Source: Candidatus Asgardarchaeum abyssi
GTDB taxonomy: Archaea > Asgardarchaeota > Asgardarchaeia > Asgardarchaeales > Asgardarchaeaceae
Direction: 5' to 3'
Length of the DNA stretch: 64,000 nucleotides
NCBI GenBank assembly: GCA_040225955.1
Contig: JBECUL010000002.1
Span: 1-64,000 of the forward strand
Shown here: one piece after another, positions 19,598-29,310 of the stretch
Position numbering within the stretch: the stretch's first letter is position 1
Layout: every line of letters begins with the position of its first letter
Made by a program: the position numbers and the translations under genes
The notes under the pieces: generated by a model
Told to the model about the DNA's origin: nothing
Seen by the model: the letters and a program-made list of their open reading frames with translations, nothing else
Databases searched by the model: none

Positions 19598-19846
19598 ATG
19601 AAAAGTATTACTATCAAAAATATTGATGAGAAGCTTTATCAAGAATTTAAAGCCGAGGCCATAAGACAGGGTCTAAGAGTTAATGATGCGATTAACGAAG
19701 CTATGAGAGAATGGCTTATAAGAAGAAAACGTGAAAGCAAAAGAAAAGGGAAGGATAGAATTTGGGAACTAATTGAGAATCCGGCTGATTGGGGCATCGA
19801 GACGGATGCATCTAAAATTGATGAGGAGCTTTATGGTGGTGAATAA
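19598..19846 (+). CDS. vapB: ribbon-helix-helix VapB-type antitoxin
   Basis: MKSITIKNIDEKLYQEFKAEA...IDEELYG; GGTGA RBS before ATG 19598; directly precedes a PIN gene. Confidence 0.8.
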   Translation: MKSITIKNIDEKLYQEFKAEAIRQGLRVNDAINEAMREWLIRRKRESKRKGKDRIWELIENPADWGIETDASKIDEELYGGE

Positions 19847-19849
19847 TTT

Positions 19850-20254
19850 TTGGCAATCTTTATTGATACTGGTATATTCACGGGAGCATATAATATTCGT
19901 GATAGGTATCATCAAAGAGCCAAAAGCATACTTATAGATATTATTGAGGGAAAATATGGGCAAGCGTATACCTCGGACTATATTTTTGATGAAGCTATAA
20001 CACTTACATTGTATAAAACGAAAAATATTGAATTGGCAATTAAGCTTGGCGAATGCATTCTTGGATCGACAATTATTGAGCTAGTACATACCTCAACTGT
20101 AGACTTTGAAAATGCCTGGTCCCTTTTTAAGAAGCTAAGAAAGCAACTAAGTTTTACAGATTGTATTTCACTAGCGATAATCAAACGTCTAAAAATCGAT
20201 TATATTGCAAGCTTTGATTCGGACTTTGATGGTTTAGTTGAAAGGATTTCATGA
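19850..20254 (+). CDS. vapC: VapC PIN-domain ribonuclease toxin
   Basis: IFIDTG, IFDEAIT, SFTDC, ASFDSDFD. Confidence 0.9.
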   Translation: MAIFIDTGIFTGAYNIRDRYHQRAKSILIDIIEGKYGQAYTSDYIFDEAITLTLYKTKNIELAIKLGECILGSTIIELVHTSTVDFENAWSLFKKLRKQLSFTDCISLAIIKRLKIDYIASFDSDFDGLVERIS

Positions 20255-20333
20255 TTATAGTTATATTTTTTGAAAATATGTTTATGGTGGAAAATGAGAT
20301 TTAGAAAGTGATATGAGAAAATCTGAAAAGAGC

Positions 20334-20822
20334 TTAAGTTAAATCTCGCAAGGTATCTATTATGATGATTTTGAGATTCCTTTGCTTTATCTCCTTACTT
20401 AGTATGTTATTTATTGCCTTGTCGAGCGAATAAAAGAATATTTTGTGACCTTTTGTAGCGAGTTGTACTGCTAAGGCAATGATAGTGTGATCTGCTTTTA
20501 CCTCATCTATTTTCTTTTTCTCCAGTTTTGCAATTTTACGTCTATAGAGTTCCAGCAATTTCTACATTCTCGTGTATTCTATATTATGGATTAGTAGTTT
20601 CTTATGTTCTGCTAACATTTTAAACTTATTTATGCTTTGTAGAATCTTTTTCCTAAGGGAATTTACTTTTATCTGCTGGATCTTAGAGAGAGGCTTTTCA
20701 ACAAGCTCTGAATAAATCCTCTTCGTAATGTATACTTGTTTGTCCATGAAAAAGGCGTCTAATAGGTTTAGGCGGTATAATGCGATGAGGTAGCTGGTAT
20801 TTGCAATATGATATTCCGTCAT
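20334..20822 (-). pseudogene. PIN-domain protein interrupted by one in-frame TAG
   Basis: ORFs 20562-20822 and 20334-20558 are in the same frame (..AGA ATG TAG AAA TTG..). IANTSYLIAL has the first catalytic D changed to N; IYSEL, ADHTIIALA and SLDK follow. Confidence 0.7.
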
Positions 20823-21283
20823 AGATAGCCATTCTCCTCGAGAAGGGCGTAGGCCTCAATGTATGTTAACCCCAACTCAGCAGCGAAGTCATAGATGCTG
20901 AGTTTGCCTTCTTTAACGAGAGGACCTAACTTTCTTAGTTTAGTAATTATTGAAGTGCCATATTCCTTAATAATATCCTCTGTGAGGCTCTCCTTTTTTG
21001 CCTCAATTAAACGAACTATTGTCTCCGGGTCTAATTTTATTGTGAATTTACGCCCTACATATAATACTTGTTCATTTTCAATTATTTTCTCTAATAGTTT
21101 TGCGGCAACTAGCTCTTCCAGATATTTTCTGGCAGTAGAAAGAGGTATATTTAGCTTTTCGGACACCTCTTTTACAGTAGTCTTTTTTCGTTTATGAATA
21201 AACGCTATAATTTCTAAGGCTTTGTGTTTGCTTAAGCTTTTTAGCTGACGCAGTATTAATCCGACTGGAACGGTAAAAACCAT
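20819..21283 (-). CDS. ArsR-like winged-HTH regulator/antitoxin
   Basis: TVKEVSEKLNIPLSTARKYLEELVAAKLL; second HTH-like C-terminus (LSIYDFAAELGL); ATGA overlap with the PIN gene. Confidence 0.8.
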   Translation of the reverse strand: MVFTVPVGLILRQLKSLSKHKALEIIAFIHKRKKTTVKEVSEKLNIPLSTARKYLEELVAAKLLEKIIENEQVLYVGRKFTIKLDPETIVRLIEAKKESLTEDIIKEYGTSIITKLRKLGPLVKEGKLSIYDFAAELGLTYIEAYALLEENGYL

Positions 21284-21299
21284 TTTTATCTCTTCGATT

Positions 21300-21324
21300 T
21301 ATAAGTTATAATTTATAACTTATA
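21300..21324. promoter_or_regulatory. perfect 25-bp palindrome, likely autoregulatory operator of the wHTH-PIN operon
   Basis: TATAAGTTATAA-T-TTATAACTTATA, 16 bp upstream of the ATG at 21283. Confidence 0.7.
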
Positions 21325-21531
21325 TTTTTTATTATGTTTCAAAAACAGTTAATTCAAAAGAGAACTAAACATTCGGATTTAAATAATTATGATTTTGATC
21401 TGAAAAATTTGTTATTAATAGTGATAAGAGACGATTTGGAAGAATGAGGGCTGTTTACATTTTGTTAGAGAATCATCTGCATATTTACCTTCTTATGGAT
21501 ATGAGAGGTACCTTACAAAGAACAGTATTGG

Positions 21532-23238
21532 TTATCCTGCTTTTCCTTGTGATTTATACAGAGCTATAACTCTGTCTATTGTGTCGCACTCATCGGCAGA
21601 CTTATCAGTTCTTATTCTGATCAGTCTAGGGAACCTCAAAGCCATCCCGGATTCGTAATTTGGTGACTTTTGAATTTCTTGGTAGCCCACTTCAACGACG
21701 ATTTCTGGCCTGACTTTAACGTACCTTCCTTTTTGACTAATGATTAGAGGTTTTAGAGTCTCGGTCATCTTCTGGAATTGCTCCTCAGAAAGCCCTGTTC
21801 CCATCATTCCAACGGGGAGGTATTTTCCAGTATTGGGGTCTCTACATGCTATGACATAGGAGCTTAGCCATTTTGCTCTTGAGCCGGTGCCCCATTCGGC
21901 ACCAACTATTACTAGGTCTAACGTTTCCATGATTGGTTTAATCTTGTACATAGTTCCAACGTGCCTACCGAATGTATAGGGTGCATCCAAGACTTTAAGC
22001 ATTAATCCCTCTTGCCTAGCACTTAGAGCCTCTTGGTAAAACTCCTCTAACTTTTCTAGGTCATCAGTGATTATTTGTTTGCTCAGTTGGAATTTTCCTG
22101 GTATTGTCTTTACTGTTTTCTCTAAGATCTTTCGTCGCTCTATAAATGGCTTATCCAAGAGCATTTCTCCGTTTAAGTAAACAATATCAAATATGTTGAC
22201 TTGAACAGGTATCTCCTTAGCCATTTTCTCTATGCCGTATTTGCGTTGAATTCTCTGCGAAAGAGCTTGGAATGGTAGAGGATATCCAGTCTTTGCGTCA
22301 ATGCCTAATATTTCACCCTCAACGATACATTCATCTACTGGAAGGCCATCTTTTGCCAATTCAACAATGTCTGGGAATTGTTTTGTCACGTTTTCAAGTC
22401 TTCGTGAGAACACCCAAATTCTATCGCCCTTTTTCTCTATGATGGCTCTCATACCATCGTATTTCCATTCTGCGGCGATTTTTCCAAATTCTCTTACTAT
22501 GTCATCTATACTTTTAGCTGCCAGACCGAGCATGACTTGATACGGTCTCCCTGGCTGTAGTCTGACTTTTTTGAGACCTTCAATTCCTTCTTCTCTAGCT
22601 ATTCTTGCCACCTCACCGTAGTCTGAAAGGATATTCCAAGCGTAGTTTACCAAATCGGTTAGCATTTGTTTCTCTTTTTTGCTCATGCCTTCCTTCAGTA
22701 GGAAAGCTTCCACCACTGAATCTCGAAGTATTCCTTCTGCAACACCGACCCTTAGCTCTCCAAGAATTGTTCTTACGATATATTTTGCCTCTTTTGGTTC
22801 TGCCGATGTTAGAAGTTCTCCAATTAGGTTTAACTTTCTGTCTTGCGATCCCGGACCAGTAAGAAAGGCTAATTTCTGTAAGTCATTAAAGACCTTATCG
22901 ACAGTGAGCTTTTCAGAGAGCAACACAACTTGTTTCATTTTCGCTCTACATTCCTCAGCGACAAGTCCTAAATCGCCCTTTTCTCTGAACAAGTCCTCTA
23001 CTTCTTCTCTGGGAAAACCAGTAAACCTCGAAATAGCCCTAATTATCATTTGTGTAGCGACTCCGAGTTCATAGCCGGTGAACTTTGGAAAAACTCTACC
23101 TTGAACAAGCAGAACCACTTTTTCGAGCTCATGAGATGGCGTTTCTCTCAAAAATTTAGCCAAAATATGTGTTTTCTCAAGCTTGGATGGAATTCTCTCT
23201 AATTTTTCGTAAAGTTCTACTAATCTAATATAATCCAT
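21532..23238 (-). CDS. lig: ATP-dependent DNA ligase (archaeal type)
   Basis: Motif I EWKYDG, EGEI, IFDIVY, EGLMLK, KIK, DLVIVG, ALRFPR. Confidence 0.97.
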   Translation of the reverse strand: MDYIRLVELYEKLERIPSKLEKTHILAKFLRETPSHELEKVVLLVQGRVFPKFTGYELGVATQMIIRAISRFTGFPREEVEDLFREKGDLGLVAEECRAKMKQVVLLSEKLTVDKVFNDLQKLAFLTGPGSQDRKLNLIGELLTSAEPKEAKYIVRTILGELRVGVAEGILRDSVVEAFLLKEGMSKKEKQMLTDLVNYAWNILSDYGEVARIAREEGIEGLKKVRLQPGRPYQVMLGLAAKSIDDIVREFGKIAAEWKYDGMRAIIEKKGDRIWVFSRRLENVTKQFPDIVELAKDGLPVDECIVEGEILGIDAKTGYPLPFQALSQRIQRKYGIEKMAKEIPVQVNIFDIVYLNGEMLLDKPFIERRKILEKTVKTIPGKFQLSKQIITDDLEKLEEFYQEALSARQEGLMLKVLDAPYTFGRHVGTMYKIKPIMETLDLVIVGAEWGTGSRAKWLSSYVIACRDPNTGKYLPVGMMGTGLSEEQFQKMTETLKPLIISQKGRYVKVRPEIVVEVGYQEIQKSPNYESGMALRFPRLIRIRTDKSADECDTIDRVIALYKSQGKAG

Positions 23239-23472
23239 AATTTCACCAGAATTTTACAATAATAATTTAATAATACTAAGAGAAAACATAGATAAGTGTT
23301 TTTAATTTAATTATTCGATAAATTATTGCACCGTAAACCTTTCTGTTATGATAACATATCGTACTCGAGTTATAGTATATTGGTAACCGTAGCTTTAGTT
23401 TAAGAGGATTTATTTTATTTCTAGAGCGGAAAACATTAAACCTGAAGATTATAAATTGTCTAGTGGTGTGAA

Positions 23473-23967
23473 ATGCTATTAACTACGATTTTGTCGTATC
23501 ACTTAATGAGGAACTTTTTTAGAAAAACACGATCTCTAAAATTAGCTTTGCGTAGAAGCATATTTTATTCTATTGTCTTAGATTTCATAGTAATGGAGTT
23601 GGGAAATATAGTAGAGGGGATACTTTTTTTAATAGTTCCAGCATACCTTTTTGATTTTGACGTAGTAGCGTATTATCCCATTTCTGGGTTTTTAATTTTG
23701 TTCCCATTCATGAGAGTCAGTTATGTTTATCCCGGTGGTGGCTATATTGTCTTTAGATTCCTCATATTTGATTTAGTCCAATTTCCCTACCATGAAGTGC
23801 CATGGAGTCAGCCACTAGAAATTTTAGGACGAGTTATACGCGAAAATACAATTACATACTCCATATCTCTTTTAATTAGCTATGGTATACTTCTCTGTGG
23901 TTCAATTTTAGGCATTTCACTCTATTGCCTGAAATTTTACATTATAAAGACAGAGATAAGAACCTAA
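23473..23967 (+). CDS. membrane protein
   Basis: Several hydrophobic segments; GGTGTG RBS. Confidence 0.6.
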   Translation: MLLTTILSYHLMRNFFRKTRSLKLALRRSIFYSIVLDFIVMELGNIVEGILFLIVPAYLFDFDVVAYYPISGFLILFPFMRVSYVYPGGGYIVFRFLIFDLVQFPYHEVPWSQPLEILGRVIRENTITYSISLLISYGILLCGSILGISLYCLKFYIIKTEIRT

Positions 23968-24018
23968 GCACAATTTTGATTTTCGGAGAGACACTGAAAT
24001 AGTCAAAACTTTTAATAA

Positions 24019-24040
24019 TTGTGCTGCATATGTATCACAA
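24019..24040. promoter_or_regulatory. imperfect palindrome just downstream of TATA-like TTTTAATA; probable RHH operator
   Basis: TTGTGCTGCATATGTATCACAA matches its own reverse complement at 18 of 22 positions. Confidence 0.5.
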
Positions 24041-24057
24041 AAATAAAGGTGTGAATA

Positions 24058-24393
24058 ATGGGCGTTTCAAGAGTAAAGAAAAGAAAAACTACGAAAGTAC
24101 GAACCAGACATTTAAGCGTAAGGGTTCCTGAGAATATCCTAGAATGTATTAATCTTTTGGTTGACCTGGGATTGTTTAAGGATCGAAGCGATTTCATTAA
24201 TTACTCCCTGCAGGAAACCTTAAAGAAATATCTGCTGAATATAAAAATCAAAGTGACTCCAGAGCTAATTGATAAATATTTTGTAACCTTAGAGCGTATC
24301 AGCCCGAGATTGTCTGAAGAGGAGACTTTAAAACTATTAAAGGAAATACGAGTATCGCAGGAGAACCAAGCACTTGAAGAATATCCTTACTGA
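24058..24393 (+). CDS. ribbon-helix-helix (CopG-like) antitoxin
   Basis: LSVRVPENILECINLLVDLGLFKDRSDFINYSL. Confidence 0.8.
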   Translation: MGVSRVKKRKTTKVRTRHLSVRVPENILECINLLVDLGLFKDRSDFINYSLQETLKKYLLNIKIKVTPELIDKYFVTLERISPRLSEEETLKLLKEIRVSQENQALEEYPY

Positions 24394-24472
24394 TACAATC
24401 GTATTCATAATTCTCCACAAAGAATATTGCGAAAACGTTAATATCACAAACCTTCTTCTTAATATTCGCCAA
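24374..24472. pseudogene. two fused 5' stubs of convergent PIN toxins
   Basis: Plus strand from TTG 24374: LKNILTDTIVFI. Minus strand from TTG 24472: LANIKKKVCDINVFAIFFVEN. Junction at about 24410. Confidence 0.6.
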
Positions 24473-24686
24473 ATGTAGCCTCTCCTGCATCCAGAAAAGC
24501 CTCCCTTCCCCATTTCCTGCCAGACTTTATTGTTTTCGGTTTAGGAATTTCAGGATCTAAAGTTATGATGCCATCAATTACTTTGATTTTAAGTCTTGAT
24601 TTCGGCTTTAATTTCAAAAGCTTCCGATATTTTTTGGGTATGAGGATTCTCCCCCGATCATCTAAAATTACAATATCTTCACCCAT
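24459..24686 (-). CDS. AbrB/MazE/SpoVT-family antitoxin
   Basis: LDDRGRILIPKKYRKLLKL; GGTGA RBS before ATG 24686. Confidence 0.85.
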   Translation of the reverse strand: MGEDIVILDDRGRILIPKKYRKLLKLKPKSRLKIKVIDGIITLDPEIPKPKTIKSGRKWGREAFLDAGEATFGEY

Positions 24687-24903
24687 AAAATCACCATAAA
24701 AAATGCCACCAACCATGCTTAAAAATTTTCCCACAAAATTAGGAGATACTTTTACAATTACTAAATGAGATCCATCATTAATATATTGAAAAGGTTTATA
24801 CTTGTTTTTAAGATGATAAAATTGGGTAACGTGTTCAAATAAACTTAAAAATGGTATAGAGTTTATATTATATTGATTTTAATGTATTTCATTAATTTAT
24901 TCC

Positions 24904-25158
24904 TTGGTGCATAAAATGGACAAAGAGGTTGTTATTAAGAAAATTGAAAAAAATGGAAAAATAGAAATACCCGAGGAATGGAGAAAAGGATGGAATGACA
25001 AGGTTGAGCTACGAAAACTACCTGATGGAAGAGTTATTATTCGACCGATTGGAAAAAGGCCTATGCGATTAACTGATTTATTTGATTCTATAGAAATAGA
25101 TATTCCTCCTGAAGATTTTGAAGACGTCCATAAGTTGAAACGGAGATTGTTAGAATGA
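24904..25158 (+). CDS. AbrB-family antitoxin
   Basis: KKIEKNGKIEIPEEWRK...LTDLFDSIEID; ATGA overlap with the PIN gene. Confidence 0.85.
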   Translation: MVHKMDKEVVIKKIEKNGKIEIPEEWRKGWNDKVELRKLPDGRVIIRPIGKRPMRLTDLFDSIEIDIPPEDFEDVHKLKRRLLE

Positions 25159-25580
25159 TTTTCTTGGATTCAAATATATTTCTCTACGCTTATTTAAAAC
25201 CAAGGAGGGTACTAACAGAAAAAGAGAAAAGTATGAAAAAGAGTGCAAAAGAAATACTAGAAAGAATAGAGTCAGGTGAGCAAGTGGTAATATCGGTTAT
25301 TCACCTATCTGAGATAAGTAATATCATTGAATCAAGATTAGGTCTTGAGAAATCAATAAAACTTATTGAGACGATTCTATCTATGCCTAACATTTTGGTA
25401 GTTTCAGTTTCGGAAGGTGACTATATTCTAGCTGTGGATATAGCCAAAAGAAAAAGAGTTAGTATAAATGATGCAGTTGCATATATTAAAATGATGCAGC
25501 TAAAAATTAAGAAAATTTATACATTTGATGAGCATTTTAAACAGTTCTCTGATATATCTATCAGTTGTGATATTAAGTAA
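25155..25580 (+). CDS. vapC: VapC PIN-domain toxin
   Basis: MIFLDSNIF, HLSEI, INDAVA, YTFDEHF. Confidence 0.9.
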   Translation: MIFLDSNIFLYAYLKPRRVLTEKEKSMKKSAKEILERIESGEQVVISVIHLSEISNIIESRLGLEKSIKLIETILSMPNILVVSVSEGDYILAVDIAKRKRVSINDAVAYIKMMQLKIKKIYTFDEHFKQFSDISISCDIK

Positions 25581-25708
25581 TATGAATTTTTTTAGAAATA
25601 GCTTAGACGCTTAACCAAATTAAATAGTTGTACATATTCTTACTTTAAATCTTCATTTTTTTAAATTAAAAGATATAAAGCAGAAATATATCATATAGGT
25701 GGTATAAA

Positions 25709-25951
25709 GTGAAAAAATTAAAGACAATAAAAATTCGAGTAGAGACTTACAAGAAGTTAAATGAATTTGTAGGCCTATTACAATCAAGATTAAAAAGGCC
25801 AGTTTCTCTTAATGAGGCAATTCAATATCTTTTAAAATTGTCTGAAAAAACCAAAATATCTTCTTTTGCTGGAGCTTGGAAAATGTCTGATGAAGAAGAG
25901 AAAGAAATCATGGGCTCGTTGAAGAGGTTGTGGTATAGTCGGAGGATGTAG
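25709..25951 (+). CDS. vapB: VapB-type antitoxin
   Basis: KTIKIRVETYKKL...SLNEAI...SFAGAWKMSDEE. Confidence 0.8.
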   Translation: MKKLKTIKIRVETYKKLNEFVGLLQSRLKRPVSLNEAIQYLLKLSEKTKISSFAGAWKMSDEEEKEIMGSLKRLWYSRRM

Positions 25952-26062
25952 AGCTTATTGTATTGGACACGGACATACTTGTTAAGTTTTTGAGAGGCAA
26001 GAAAAAAATATAATTTTTCGATAACCTCTATTAATGGGTTTGAGCTTTATTACAAAGTTTAG
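25930..26062 (+). pseudogene. degraded VapC
   Basis: GTG GTA TAG..., then ELIVLDTDILVKFLRGKK* and, in another frame, SITSINGFELYYKV*. Confidence 0.7.
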
Positions 26063-26103
26063 AGAATTGCTTTTTTGCTATACATAATAATCATAATAAT
26101 TTT

Positions 26104-26499
26104 TCATTTATTAGATTGTGATTTCTTATGGAATCTCTCCAGAGTTTTTATTTTCTCCCTGATGTTTTTAAACTGATTTTCTTTTATCCTATGTTGTTGG
26201 TCCTTCCACAACTTTCTGTAGAAGTAAAAGTACTCGGAAAGTTCTATCTCGTCGCCGAATATGACTATGTGATTTTCAATCACTTCCATCTTTATATAGA
26301 GGGGGAGTAGCTCAAAAATTCGTATGTCGTATATGGAGGGTGCCTTGCCGAGCAGCTTCCACCAGATTTTCATATTCTCGCTATTGTCTTTTACTCTCGT
26401 GATTACTGCAACATCTATATCCGATCTTATGGTATTTTCACCTCTAGCGTAGCTTCCATACACTACAGCCCAATATCCCTTGTCCTCTATGAATTTCAA
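26104..26499 (-). CDS. MNT nucleotidyltransferase (MntA-like antitoxin)
   Basis: VYGSYARG...SDIDVAV, YDIRIFELLPL. Confidence 0.9.
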   Translation of the reverse strand: MKFIEDKGYWAVVYGSYARGENTIRSDIDVAVITRVKDNSENMKIWWKLLGKAPSIYDIRIFELLPLYIKMEVIENHIVIFGDEIELSEYFYFYRKLWKDQQHRIKENQFKNIREKIKTLERFHKKSQSNK

Positions 26500-26512
26500 A
26501 TCTTTCCGTATC

Positions 26513-26923
26513 TCATCTAATGTTTTTCTTGATGAAATTTTCTACAACCTCCACAAATTCAAGTAGAGCGTCTCTTATTTTGTCTATTGATCTTAGTATC
26601 TTCTCTAATTCGATCTTATTATATCTGTGAACTAATACGTTTCTTAGACTATTAAGTTGTTTAAGAGTTTCGGCTAACTCAGGTGATATGATTTTATTGC
26701 TCTCTAGTGTATCAATATTCGACAGATCATCTTTAACCGTATACCCAGAATCTTTTACCATCATAGCAACTAAATCGGTTGTTGCCTCGATGCAAGTGTG
26801 TATTCTATAGAATAGTGCATCAATCAAAAAATCATCCGTTGGTTCTGGCAAATTCATTATTTTTTCAATGATATAGTCCATTTTCCTTTGATATTGTTTT
26901 TTCCTATCACTCATCGTTATCAC
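26513..26923 (-). CDS. DUF86/HepT-like HEPN ribonuclease
   Basis: Rx4H motif LRNVLVHRY; adjacent to MNT. Confidence 0.9.
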   Translation of the reverse strand: MITMSDRKKQYQRKMDYIIEKIMNLPEPTDDFLIDALFYRIHTCIEATTDLVAMMVKDSGYTVKDDLSNIDTLESNKIISPELAETLKQLNSLRNVLVHRYNKIELEKILRSIDKIRDALLEFVEVVENFIKKNIR

Positions 26924-27081
26924 AAATTTTCACGTACTTAAGTTAATAATAATATGGAAACATATATGTTTTTTCAATTCAAAATTTACATTTTAAGGAT
27001 AGTTCATTAACTCATAATCAGGTGTTAAATCTGATGATGGGGAAAATTTAAAATCATGCCATATACCAATTTATAATTGAA

Positions 27082-27621
27082 ATGCAATACACTCATCAAT
27101 GGACCCAAAGAGTAAGATTTGTACTTGGAGTAGTTATCAGTTGTACAGTAGTTTCATTACTTATCTATTGGGTGAATCTATTTATTCGTTATGATATAAG
27201 TGTCATTTCTGCATTTCTAATTAGTATTCTAATAGGGCTTGTTTATGGCTTGATATTCGCAGTAAGTGCTTTTATAAGCAAGTTTAAAGACGCGGTGTAC
27301 ATTTTCCAATGTATCCTTGCATATGCAACATCTCTTGCTATACTTAATTACTATTTGTTATTTATACGAGGCATCACGCAGATGAATCTTGTAGATCTTG
27401 TATTCTTTAATTTCATTCCATGGCTAATTATTGTAATTTCCATGAGATTTTATAAGCCTGGCGAGAACCTTAAAAGTACAAAAGGTATTATCAAATACAC
27501 AATGCGATTTATTGGTTGGTGTTTTATTTTCCTGTTCTTCCCAATGATTTTAGTGTTCTCTGTTACATGTGCTTTAGATTCATTGTTACCAATTATGAAG
27601 TTTCTAAAAGGTGCTCTTTAA
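27082..27621 (+). CDS. membrane protein (about 5 TM)
   Basis: Hydrophobicity pattern only. Confidence 0.65.
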   Translation: MQYTHQWTQRVRFVLGVVISCTVVSLLIYWVNLFIRYDISVISAFLISILIGLVYGLIFAVSAFISKFKDAVYIFQCILAYATSLAILNYYLLFIRGITQMNLVDLVFFNFIPWLIIVISMRFYKPGENLKSTKGIIKYTMRFIGWCFIFLFFPMILVFSVTCALDSLLPIMKFLKGAL

Positions 27622-27828
27622 CTTTGATGTTGTATATGATTAAAATGCATCTTACTTTAGCATTTCGATAATTGCATTTTCACACGTTTTTTATGCTTAT
27701 AGTTTTAGCCTCAATAATCATCAAGAAGGATGACGTTACTATTATCATAGTGATTCCTGAAAAGCACTCGCTATTTTAATCCACATCGACAGTGCTTACA
27801 GAGAGAAAATAAAAGTTATATATTATTA

Positions 27829-27856
27829 GTAATACTTTTTCAATAAAAAGTATTAC
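27829..27856. promoter_or_regulatory. NikR-type operator GTAATA-N16-TATTAC
   Basis: Perfect 12-bp inverted repeat GTAATACTTTTT-CAAT-AAAAAGTATTAC between TATA (TTATATA, 27816-27822) and RBS GGAGGA (27861). Confidence 0.75.
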
Positions 27857-27872
27857 CAAAGGAGGATATAAT

Positions 27873-28877
27873 ATGAAAAAGAAATTTTTCACTGTCTTGA
27901 TGCTTTTCATGCTCGTAGTAGCTGTTCTAATGCCTATCCAGACAACTGTTGCTAGTAATGTATATGCCCAAGTGATTTCCACAAATGACAGCAAGCCTCT
28001 TGTAGTTTGTACCACTAGTGTTCTTGCCAGCATAGTAGAGGATTTAGCTGATGGAGATGTAGAGGTGAAATACTTAGTTTCACCTTCGATGTGTCCAGGC
28101 CACTATGATGTGAAACCTGGTGATGTTGAAATTATTAGAAATGCTAGTCTCATCTTGGCTCATGGGATGGAATGGAGTGGATGGCTTAGAGAACTCATAA
28201 ACTCTGCAAATCAGACAGGTGACTTACACGTCACGATATATAACATTACTGGCCCTTGGAACACACCCCCAATGCTCAAGCAAAAATATCAAACTGTGGC
28301 ATCAAAACTTTCAGAAGCACTTGGGCTTAATGTTTCAAGCAAGCTTTCAAAGTGTCTTGATGCTATTGATCAAGTTGATGCTGAACTCAAAAGCATAGTT
28401 GATAAGTATGGGTTTAATGGAACTCCTGTTGCATGCATGTTATGGCAGAAAGGCTTTGTTGAGTATCTCGGCTTTAAGGTAGTTGCGACATACGGGCCTA
28501 CCGAGTATTTATCACAAAGCGACATAGAAGAGATTGAAGCAAACATTACAACATACGGAGCGAAGCTCATAATAGATAATTTACACAGCGGTATAGAAGT
28601 TGGACGGAAAATAGCAGAAGACACAGGCATAGTACAAGTAGTACTAATAAACTTCCCGGGATCTGTTGTTGGGATCAGTAATGTAACCGAGATGATGTTA
28701 TATAATGCTGAAATACTTGCTGATGGGCTGAAATACTATGAGTACAAGGTTGAGCTAGAGTCGTATAAATCTGCTGTGAGTTTCTGGCAGTATGCAACAA
28801 TAGGAGTTGTCTTATTAGCGGTAATAGAGGCAGTTATAATAGTTTTGCTGGTTGTGAGGGCGAAAAAACATGAGTGA
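27873..28877 (+). CDS. metal ABC transporter substrate-binding protein (ZnuA/TroA fold) with C-terminal anchor
   Basis: Signal peptide, VVCTTSVLASIV, CPGHYDVKPGD, AHGME, C-terminal TM helix. Confidence 0.85.
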   Translation: MKKKFFTVLMLFMLVVAVLMPIQTTVASNVYAQVISTNDSKPLVVCTTSVLASIVEDLADGDVEVKYLVSPSMCPGHYDVKPGDVEIIRNASLILAHGMEWSGWLRELINSANQTGDLHVTIYNITGPWNTPPMLKQKYQTVASKLSEALGLNVSSKLSKCLDAIDQVDAELKSIVDKYGFNGTPVACMLWQKGFVEYLGFKVVATYGPTEYLSQSDIEEIEANITTYGAKLIIDNLHSGIEVGRKIAEDTGIVQVVLINFPGSVVGISNVTEMMLYNAEILADGLKYYEYKVELESYKSAVSFWQYATIGVVLLAVIEAVIIVLLVVRAKKHE

Positions 28878-29310
28878 TGATAAACTTGAGGCGTTAAGAA
28901 ATAGGGAATATTTAACACTTGAGGATGCAGCAAAGCTTCATGGTCACAAAGGTCCTTTTTTGGTGATAGGCTATAGAATTGGTGAGTACATTGTAGAGAA
29001 GGTTAAGCCAAAAGACGAGTTCGGCTTAAGTGTCAAGGTGTATATCCCCTTTAAAACACCTTTTTCTTGCATATTAGATGGGTTGCAGTGCTCAACTAAG
29101 TGTACTCTAGGAAAGAAAAATATAGAATGTATTGATAGCAATGATATGAGGATAGTATTTGAGTGCAAGGACGGCAAGAAGAAGATATACATCTGGCTGA
29201 AGAAAGAGATTATTGAAGAGGCTTTAACATGCGAAGATCCGAAATTATTCGTGGAGAAGTTAGAAAAGATGCCAGCAGAAGAGTATATGGAGATGATGAA
29301 TATAGAGTAG
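28870..29310 (+). CDS. fmdE: FmdE-family metal-binding protein
   Basis: LHGHKGPFLVIGYR, SCILDGLQCSTKCTLGK. Confidence 0.85.
   Translation: MSDDKLEALRNREYLTLEDAAKLHGHKGPFLVIGYRIGEYIVEKVKPKDEFGLSVKVYIPFKTPFSCILDGLQCSTKCTLGKKNIECIDSNDMRIVFECKDGKKKIYIWLKKEIIEEALTCEDPKLFVEKLEKMPAEEYMEMMNIE

Noticed and set aside
20562-20564. Pyrrolysine or amber read-through in the PIN gene
   Set aside because: No pyl genes in view, TAG is a normal stop for other genes here, and the catalytic Asp is also lost; a nonsense mutation is simpler.
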